DNA of 5,525 nucleotides from a virus: the IMG/VR virus record IMGVR_UViG_3300003155_000002, positions 1 to 5,525 of that record; one strand, 5' to 3'. Below the pieces are notes generated by a model, which worked only from the letters and a program-made list of their open reading frames with translations, was not told where the DNA came from and did no database searches. Made by a program: the position numbers and the translations under genes. Below are positions 1 through 4,413 of this stretch, piece after piece (positions within the stretch are counted from its first letter, which is position 1; every line of letters starts with the position of its first letter).

Positions 1-23
1 AAGAAGTCACAGATAAACTGGTG
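1..23. repeat. Terminal direct repeat, left copy; signature of a circular genome linearised by assembly
   Basis: aagaagtcacagataaactggtg at 1-23 is identical to 5503-5525. The capsid reading frame stays open and in frame across the join: 1589 + 64 nt = 1653 nt = 551 codons. Confidence 0.95.
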
Positions 24-1589
24 ACTGTTCTCGCTCTGTACGGCTAGAGTCCGGTCGATGTTCTCCGTTCCTTCCTGAATCCACGTGCTGGAGAGAGTGG
101 GCAGCTCCTCGTAGTAGTCCGCGTAGTGCCACGCGTCCAGACTCTGTGCGTACTGGCTGCGCATCTCGCCGGTTACGATGTTAGGATGGTAACGGTAATC
201 TGCCCACGCTTCCTGGTAGCCAAAGACTTCATCGTCTTTCTTGGTTCCTTGGCAGTAGATTTCCTTGTTTAGGACGGCCATCTCGCCCAAGTTGGCCAGC
301 ATGGGATGATAGAAGTCAAACCGGGTTTTGCGGCTCCACATCCGGGAAAGGCCCTGCTGGTAGCTGTGGTCGACACGGATGCACCCCAGAATCATAAGAT
401 AGCCATGCTCCACGCTGGAATAGTTGCACATCTTGTTACGGAGAGTGGTCATAGAATATGCCGCCGTGTTGCCCTGAGGACTTGCATCAGTTGTTGCACT
501 GTTCTGGATGACCTGATTGATGTTGATGGGCACGCGAGTACCGCCCAGATATTCCGAACGTTGCAAACGGCTGTCAGGAGAAGTAACCCCGAACTCATGC
601 GCCAGCAGTTCAGTATACCGGGTACCGCCCCGGGCATCAGCTTCGAGAATATGCTGAATGGCGATAGCCTGCCGCAGCTCGTTGATGTTGATAGCCGTGA
701 GCGTGCTCGCGTCTGCTGCGAGGAACCCTTCCTGATTGGGTGTGTACATGTTCGTTGCGTTTACCGGCATGTTCACATTCCCCGAACTGTTGCCTTTCCA
801 GTCTCCGGTTGCGTAGTTGCTTCCGAGTGGTACGTCTTCTTTCATGTTAGGCACAAAGGCCGGTGCATTGTATTTGGTGATGAAATTCTGGTTCTCGTCT
901 GCCCAGTATACAGGAAGTGCTCCCGCCGCGACAGGAATTGCCGCCCCCTCGCCCTTCTGAGGCTCCGGCAGACAGGAGGTGAAATAGTCGTGGTATTTGG
1001 CCACCTTCAGCGGCAAGCCGCCTCCTTCTGCATTGTAGATGCTGCCCCCTGCGTTGGTTCCAGTGGTGTTGCCGTCGTCTTCGTGTACGAATGATGGTTG
1101 CTGTAAGTTTTCGTCTCTGAACCACTCGTTCCAGATTCTCGCGTAGGCCCGGAAGGGCAGGCTGTTTACGCTGATGCCATTGATGCCCGTGGGAATGCCC
1201 ATATAGTCGGCGATGGTGCCCACGTTCCAGCCGTTGGATGGTGCTGTAGTCTGCGGTACGCTGTACTCCGTTTTCTCGGCCCAGTAAGAGCTATCGTTCT
1301 GGCCCATGAGGTTCTCCCAGTGCTCCCACAGCAGCCGACACGGCACGAAAAACGCGTACGTGTCCAGATAGCAGTTATCCATCACAGGATAGAGCGGCGT
1401 ACTCATACGAATAAGTCCGTTCAGGTCGCAACTGATGGTGTCGCCCGGTAATACCTCGTCAACGTACAGCGGTACGAGGTCGCCCTCATTGATGGTCGTG
1501 ATGTTGGAAAAGTCCCGTTTGAACCGTGCCCGCCGGATTTCCGCGCGCGGTACCTGTGCAAACCGGCTCTCTGCGTTACGATTCGCCAT
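1..1589 (-). CDS. VP1: Major capsid protein VP1 (Microviridae F/VP1 family), N-terminal ~529 codons; continues across the circular junction into 5439-5502
   Basis: ATG at 1589-1587 lies downstream of GGAGGT (complement of 1601-1606). My translation is MANRNAESRFAQVPRAEIRRARFKRDFSNITTINEGDLVPLYVDEVLPGDT...AKYHDYFTSCLPEPQKGE...ININELRQAIAIQHILEADARGGTRYTELLAHEFGVTSPDSRLQRSEYLGG...FYHPMLANLGEMAVLNKEIY... These are conserved blocks of gokushovirus VP1, with a variable loop between them. The frame is open to the window edge, which is why the ORF track omits it. Total length with the wrapped part is 550 aa. Confidence 0.95.
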   Translation of the reverse strand, partial: MANRNAESRFAQVPRAEIRRARFKRDFSNITTINEGDLVPLYVDEVLPGDTISCDLNGLIRMSTPLYPVMDNCYLDTYAFFVPCRLLWEHWENLMGQNDSSYWAEKTEYSVPQTTAPSNGWNVGTIADYMGIPTGINGISVNSLPFRAYARIWNEWFRDENLQQPSFVHEDDGNTTGTNAGGSIYNAEGGGLPLKVAKYHDYFTSCLPEPQKGEGAAIPVAAGALPVYWADENQNFITKYNAPAFVPNMKEDVPLGSNYATGDWKGNSSGNVNMPVNATNMYTPNQEGFLAADASTLTAININELRQAIAIQHILEADARGGTRYTELLAHEFGVTSPDSRLQRSEYLGGTRVPININQVIQNSATTDASPQGNTAAYSMTTLRNKMCNYSSVEHGYLMILGCIRVDHSYQQGLSRMWSRKTRFDFYHPMLANLGEMAVLNKEIYCQGTKKDDEVFGYQEAWADYRYHPNIVTGEMRSQYAQSLDAWHYADYYEELPTLSSTWIQEGTENIDRTLAVQSENSHQFICDF

Positions 1590-2049
1590 TTTCTGTGGTT
1601 ACCTCCTTCTTCTCCTCTTTGGGTTTCTGGTTGATGCCCATCTTCTCGGTCCATTCGCCAGTCCCGGCCATGGATGCCCAGACTTCGAAACTGTTATCGA
1701 ACTTCTGTTTGATTTCGATGGGCAGAGCGTCAAATTTCTCTCTCTGTGCTGCCATCAGGTTGAAGAACCCATGAATGGTAGTCGGGAGTTCCGATGTGTC
1801 GATATACTTCGCGTCGTTTCTCATGACACTGGTGTCACCTGCTGCATACCGTTGCAACATAAGGTTGATGTCGCACTCTTCCTTGTGGCTCTGGATGATG
1901 GCAACGATGTCGGTTTCACCATCCTTCACAAGATACGGATGCCCGGTCTCTGTGTAGCGTTCCACGTAGTGCGGTTCAGTCTTGTTTCCTGCACAGGAGC
2001 ACTTCCGCGGCCGCTTCGGCCCATAAGGCAGGAAAATTTTAATCTTCAT
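1576..2049 (-). CDS. VP3: Internal scaffolding protein VP3 (157 aa)
   Basis: This is the internal Met of track ORF 1576-2148: MKIKIFLPYGPKRP...SHKEECDINLMLQRYAAGD...YIDTSELPTTIHGFFNLMAAQREKFDALPIEIKQKFDNSFEVW... The pattern ECDIN..(I/L)..(R/K)Y..G followed by F..LP...(K/R).(K/R)F.N is the one I recall for Chlamydia-phage-type VP3. The start ATG (2049-2047) overlaps the VP5 stop by 11 nt, and the stop overlaps the VP1 start by 14 nt (ATGGCGAATCGTAA). Confidence 0.85.
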   Translation of the reverse strand: MKIKIFLPYGPKRPRKCSCAGNKTEPHYVERYTETGHPYLVKDGETDIVAIIQSHKEECDINLMLQRYAAGDTSVMRNDAKYIDTSELPTTIHGFFNLMAAQREKFDALPIEIKQKFDNSFEVWASMAGTGEWTEKMGINQKPKEEKKEVTTENGES

Positions 2050-2290
2050 GTTTCCGCTTCCACTCCTTTTCGAGGTCGTACACCTCCGTGATGACATCCG
2101 CGGGTACAATCGTCCCCGACTCGTCCTCGTACATACCCACGTAGACAATGCGCTGGTCTTTGCAGTCCTGCTCGTTGCGTTCCTTGGCCATGAAGTCGAA
2201 TGTCCGCTGCGCAGTCTTGGGATTCAGCGTGAAAGGTGCGCTGTAGATGTCGGCCAGTTTGTCGTGAATAGCATAGATATACTTAGTCAT
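2039..2290 (-). CDS. VP5: Non-structural protein VP5 (Chlamydia-phage ORF5 family; proposed role in ssDNA synthesis/packaging), 83 aa
   Basis: MTKYIYAIHDKLADIYSAPFTLNPKTAQRTFDFM...IVYVGMYEDESGTIVP. The N-terminal (I/V/F).D.K...Y..PF....A.R.F pattern and the later Y.(D/E).(S/T)G...P pattern match my recollection of gokushovirus VP5. SD AAGGAGGA sits 8 nt upstream and contains the stop codon of the preceding small ORF. The position immediately upstream of VP3 is canonical. Confidence 0.75.
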   Translation of the reverse strand: MTKYIYAIHDKLADIYSAPFTLNPKTAQRTFDFMAKERNEQDCKDQRIVYVGMYEDESGTIVPADVITEVYDLEKEWKRKHED

Positions 2291-2304
2291 GGTTTTTGTC
2301 CTCC

Positions 2305-2424
2305 TTAGAATCTGATTCCGCCCCGGCTGTTCTTCGGCTTCACGTTTACGGTTTTGGTTTTCTTTGCCGTGTTGGTGAAAATCTTTTTGTCGGTCTTAGG
2401 TTTGACAGTCATACGGTGTGCCAT
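2305..2424 (-). CDS. Small highly basic protein, 39 aa; candidate DNA-binding/condensing protein (phiX174 J / gokushovirus ORF8 analogue). Not in the ORF track because it is below the size cutoff
   Basis: My translation: MAHRMTVKPKTDKKIFTNTAKKTKTVNVKPKNSRGGIRF*. It has 10 Lys + 3 Arg against 1 acidic residue. The K.IFT.TA.KT.K...RGGIR(F/L) C-terminal pattern resembles small basic ORFs of other gokushoviruses. GGAGGA lies 7 nt upstream. The start overlaps the peptidase stop as TAATG, sharing the A at 2424. An alternative start is Met5 at 2412. Confidence 0.7.
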   Translation of the reverse strand: MAHRMTVKPKTDKKIFTNTAKKTKTVNVKPKNSRGGIRF

Positions 2425-2828
2425 TATTTCTTCCTCCATTCTTTCATTCTAACGTCTACGTGTACGAAGTTTTGATGAAGCTCTAATCCCCCCCATCCTT
2501 TCATCATCTCGTTCAGGAGCTTGTACAGCTCTGCTGGCGTCCTGGTCTTGGCCCGGATGTCTGCCGCCATGCCGTACTGATGGTACGACAGGTGCGCCCC
2601 GCCAACGGCTTTGTTATGACCAGGCGTTCGGAACCCGCTGTTGATGTAGATTTCCTCGTCGATCTTCTGCCGCAGGCCCTCCAGGACCTGCACTAGGATT
2701 TTGGAAATCAGGACGAATTCGCATCCATCCTTGCACGCGAATTCCTTCGCGCGAAAGTGTCTGCTGACTTGTTCGTCCATTCGACTGCAAATCAGAACGG
2801 TTTCTGTCTCATTTACTGTCTTCGGCAT
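2424..2828 (-). CDS. Zinc metallopeptidase, peptidase M15 family (M15A / Peptidase_M15_3-like peptidoglycan peptidase); putative lysis enzyme, 134 aa (143 aa if started at 2855)
   Basis: Track ORF 2424-2855 contains HFRAKEFACKDGC...YINSGFRTPGHNKAVGGAHLSYHQYGMAADI...GGLELHQNFVHVDVR. This gives the SG(Y/F)R...N..VGG...S.H..G.A.D plus H.D layout, i.e. H/D/H zinc ligands, characteristic of M15 cell-wall peptidases. I prefer the ATG at 2828 because GGAGAGGA lies 9 nt upstream, whereas the ATG at 2855 has no SD and falls inside the upstream small ORF. Confidence 0.88.
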   Translation of the reverse strand: MPKTVNETETVLICSRMDEQVSRHFRAKEFACKDGCEFVLISKILVQVLEGLRQKIDEEIYINSGFRTPGHNKAVGGAHLSYHQYGMAADIRAKTRTPAELYKLLNEMMKGWGGLELHQNFVHVDVRMKEWRKK

Positions 2829-2919
2829 TGTCGTTTTCCTCTCCAATCGTTGCATGATAGAGTTTGTCCAGGACTTCCAGAATATTCTTCAGAAGTTCCA
2901 CGATTTCGATCGTGGTCAT
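2809..2919 (-). CDS. Hypothetical 36-aa acidic protein; first cistron after the candidate promoter. Not in the ORF track
   Basis: AGGAGGTGAACCA precedes the ATG at 2919-2917. My translation: MTTIEIVELLKNILEVLDKLYHATIGEENDNAEDSK*. That gives 9 acidic vs 3 Lys, a predicted amphipathic helix followed by an acidic tail, and no TM segment. The 3' end overlaps the preferred peptidase start by 20 nt. Coding status is supported only by the SD, the position and the open frame. Confidence 0.4.
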   Translation of the reverse strand: MTTIEIVELLKNILEVLDKLYHATIGEENDNAEDSK

Positions 2920-2948
2920 TGGTTCACCTCCTTTCTGTCTTTGATCCT

Positions 2949-2976
2949 ATTATATCAGAAAATAATTAACAATCAA
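2949..2976 (-). promoter_or_regulatory. Sigma70-type promoter candidate with extended -10, reading towards lower coordinates
   Basis: The coding strand reads TTGATT (2976-2971), a 16-nt spacer, then TGATATAAT: an extended TGn plus a perfect TATAAT at 2954-2949. It lies in the only sizeable AT-rich non-coding stretch, about 30 nt upstream of the 36-aa ORF. Confidence 0.5.
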
Positions 2977-3038
2977 CGGTGAATTTCAGGAAACAATGTT
3001 GAAAACTTATTCGGTTCTCAAGGTGCGTATCGGTAGAG

Positions 3039-3125
3039 CAAGGCCGAATCCCGGCGATTCCTCAAAAGGCCGCGCCAGCGGCCCATTCTAATAAAAGAGC
3101 CGGTAGGCCGCCCAGCCTTTCGGCC
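3039..3125. other. GC-rich cluster of short inverted repeats in the main non-coding region; candidate structured ssDNA/RNA element
   Basis: Inverted repeats seen: GAATC-ccggc-GATTC (3047-3061); GGCCGC-gcca-GCGGCC (3068-3083); GGCCG-N10-CGGCC (3106-3125), with an inner GCC-tttc-GGC. The hexamer AGGCCG occurs at 3041, 3067 and 3105. Confidence 0.5.
3061..3084 (-). terminator. Candidate rho-independent terminator/attenuator downstream of VP4
   Basis: The coding strand reads GGCCGC-TGGC-GCGGCC: a 6-bp all-GC stem (3083-3078 / 3073-3068) with a 4-nt loop, followed directly by TTTT (complement of 3064-3067). Both the stem and the U-tract are short, so at best this is a leaky terminator. Confidence 0.4.
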
Positions 3126-3155
3126 ATCGTGCGTTTGCTCCCTTTATTCAGCATT

Positions 3156-4322
3156 TTAGACCTGCTCTTTACAAGGTCGCTGTGTGGTTATCTTGTGCTT
3201 CTCTTCGTATTTGGTTTTCTGCACGTCCATATACTCTAAGATTGTTAGTGTGGTCTTTTCTAGCTTTGCAAAGAGACTGTCCATTGCTTTCTGCCGTCTC
3301 TCCCTTTTGAGTTCCTGCATTGCAGAGGATTCCATCTTAGGAACGGCGATTTTCTCAGCGTCTCGTTTCTGCTGCCGATTGTATAACTGAATCCGGCGCT
3401 TCTCGCCCTTGAAGATGCCCATTTCTTCGTCAGAGAGTCCGAACTCCTTCATACATTGGTATTCGTCCTCTTTAATGTCGTAAAGTTTGCAGGGTTTCTG
3501 TTTGCGGCCTTCTTTAAGGTAAATCAGGTCTTTGCTGTAGATTTCGTCCCGGTGTTCCTCATAGTATCGTAGTCCTATAGCTGGTTTTAGGCTCATGTTG
3601 ATAAACTCTTTATTGAGTCCCTCCTCCTGATACCATTCATTGCCTGTCTTGCCTTTTTGTTTTTTGACGATGTAGCGTGCAACATACTGGCAAGACTTGT
3701 AGTCAACGCCTCCGATATCGTGAAATCCATTCGGCCACAGCTTGCTGATGGTCTCACTCAGGAAGTGATAGTAGCCCTTGCTCATGTAGTGGAACTTCAA
3801 ATCAGGCAGTTTCAGCCCGTAGATTATCATATGGTAGTGTGGCCTGTGAGTTCCTGTGCCGTATTCGCCACAGTAAAAGTAGCGGATGCCCTTCTCTTTA
3901 TCTTCTACCAAATCATGATGTTCTGCGTAGTCTCTTAATCTTTTCATGAAGTCTTGAACATCCTTTTTAAAAAGGTTAAGTCTTTCGTAGTGCTTGCCGT
4001 AATTATAGTAATCTACAGGGTTTTTTAAGCCTCTGTAAATTTCGCCGGTAATTTTGTTGATAACCGGCACGTGTTCGTCATCATAAGTTAGTGTGATGAA
4101 GTGGTTATTCTGGTAGTAGTAGCTCTCGACCTCACATCTTGCCGCCCAGTTCTTTGCATAGTTCAGCCGGCATTCGAGGCATTGGCCGCAAGGGATGATT
4201 TTCGCAAGGTCACTTTTCAGCATCTTGGTAAGTTGCATATTGTCGATATCGTTCTCCTTGCAATATTTCTTGAGGCCGCCCTTAAATTTGCGGCCTATAA
4301 GAACATTAGGTGCGTAGCACAT
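3156..4322 (-). CDS. VP4: Replication initiation protein VP4 (HUH rolling-circle endonuclease, phiX174 gpA superfamily), 388 aa
   Basis: MCYAPN...PCGQCLECRLNYAKNWAARC is the Cys-rich N-terminal motif typical of microvirus VP4. FITLTY is RCR motif 1. HRPHYHMIIYG is the HUH motif 2. YVARYIVKK is motif 3 with two Tyr three residues apart, as in phiX174 gpA. AGGAGGT lies 8 nt upstream of the ATG at 4322. Confidence 0.95.
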   Translation of the reverse strand: MCYAPNVLIGRKFKGGLKKYCKENDIDNMQLTKMLKSDLAKIIPCGQCLECRLNYAKNWAARCEVESYYYQNNHFITLTYDDEHVPVINKITGEIYRGLKNPVDYYNYGKHYERLNLFKKDVQDFMKRLRDYAEHHDLVEDKEKGIRYFYCGEYGTGTHRPHYHMIIYGLKLPDLKFHYMSKGYYHFLSETISKLWPNGFHDIGGVDYKSCQYVARYIVKKQKGKTGNEWYQEEGLNKEFINMSLKPAIGLRYYEEHRDEIYSKDLIYLKEGRKQKPCKLYDIKEDEYQCMKEFGLSDEEMGIFKGEKRRIQLYNRQQKRDAEKIAVPKMESSAMQELKRERRQKAMDSLFAKLEKTTLTILEYMDVQKTKYEEKHKITTQRPCKEQV

Positions 4323-4357
4323 AGTCGTTTACCTCCTTTACGCTGCTGACCTCTCGA

Positions 4358-4394
4358 TAGGCCAGTAGGACATACTTGTTGTCCTACTGGCCTA
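4358..4394. repeat. Perfect 15-bp inverted repeat (hairpin) with a 7-nt loop, between the VP2 stop and the VP4 SD
   Basis: taggccagtaggaca (4358-4372), tacttgt loop (4373-4379), tgtcctactggccta (4380-4394). There is no T-run after it on the coding strand, so it is not a canonical intrinsic terminator. Confidence 0.95.
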
Positions 4395-4413
4395 GGTGAC
4401 AGATCAGTAGCTG

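Noticed and set aside
306-1094. 262-aa + strand ORF, the longest ORF in the track for the first 1.5 kb
   Set aside because: It lies entirely antisense to the conserved VP1 frame. There is no SD upstream of its ATG. The Cys/Val/Arg-rich translation has no recognisable motif. Long antisense ORFs are expected in G+C-rich coding DNA.
449-1125. Same-strand alternative-frame ORFs inside VP1 (449-637 -, 847-1125 -), considered as possible phiX174-style overprinted genes
   Set aside because: The ORF at 847-1125 begins with GTG rather than ATG and has no SD. Both products are Arg-rich, typical of out-of-frame reading of G+C-rich genes. Nothing but openness supports them.
1421-1654. 77-aa - strand ORF spanning the VP3/VP1 junction in the third frame
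   Set aside because: No SD and a nonsense-like Arg/Gly/His-rich product. The region is already doubly used by the VP3 end and the VP1 start.
2050-2148. N-terminal extension of the VP3 ORF (track start at 2148; MSTWVCTRTSRGRLYPRMSSRR...)
   Set aside because: The extension lies wholly inside VP5 in another frame and looks non-protein-like. The internal ATG at 2049 gives a typical VP3 N-terminus and the usual short overlap with the upstream gene stop.
1435-2308. + strand ORFs antisense to VP3/VP5 (1435-2091, 1526-1774, 1775-1957, 2048-2308)
   Set aside because: They are antisense to well-supported genes, with no SDs and no motifs. No + strand promoter is evident.
2701-2982. + strand ORFs antisense to the peptidase and the 36-aa ORF (2701-2982, 2757-2969)
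   Set aside because: They are antisense to a gene with a clear catalytic signature, run into the - strand promoter, and have no SD.
3021-3061. tRNA-like and dif-like words: GGTAGAGCA (D-arm-like) followed by CGAATCC (T-loop-like), and GGTGCGTAT resembling the start of the E. coli dif XerC arm
   Set aside because: I could not fold a cloverleaf: there is no anticodon arm, the putative D loop is far too long, and the T stem pairs at only 3/5. The dif resemblance stops after about 8 nt, with no ATAA-N6-TTAT core. It could be a relic of an attachment site, but no integrase is present and the evidence is too thin.
3062-3154. 30-aa - strand ORF (MLNKGSKRTMAERLGGLPALLLEWAAGAAF) starting 1 nt after the VP4 stop
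   Set aside because: No convincing SD. The frame runs straight through the GC-rich hairpin cluster and ends in the terminator-like stem, so it is better explained as structured non-coding sequence.
3184-4349. + strand ORFs antisense to VP4 (3184-3390, 3657-3938, 4101-4349)
   Set aside because: They are antisense to the HUH Rep gene, with no SD or motif support.
4373-4379. ACTTG in the hairpin loop (window + strand), matching part of the phiX174 nick-site word CAACTTG
   Set aside because: It is only a 5-mer, and it sits on the strand complementary to the coding/virion strand, which is the wrong polarity for a viral-strand origin.
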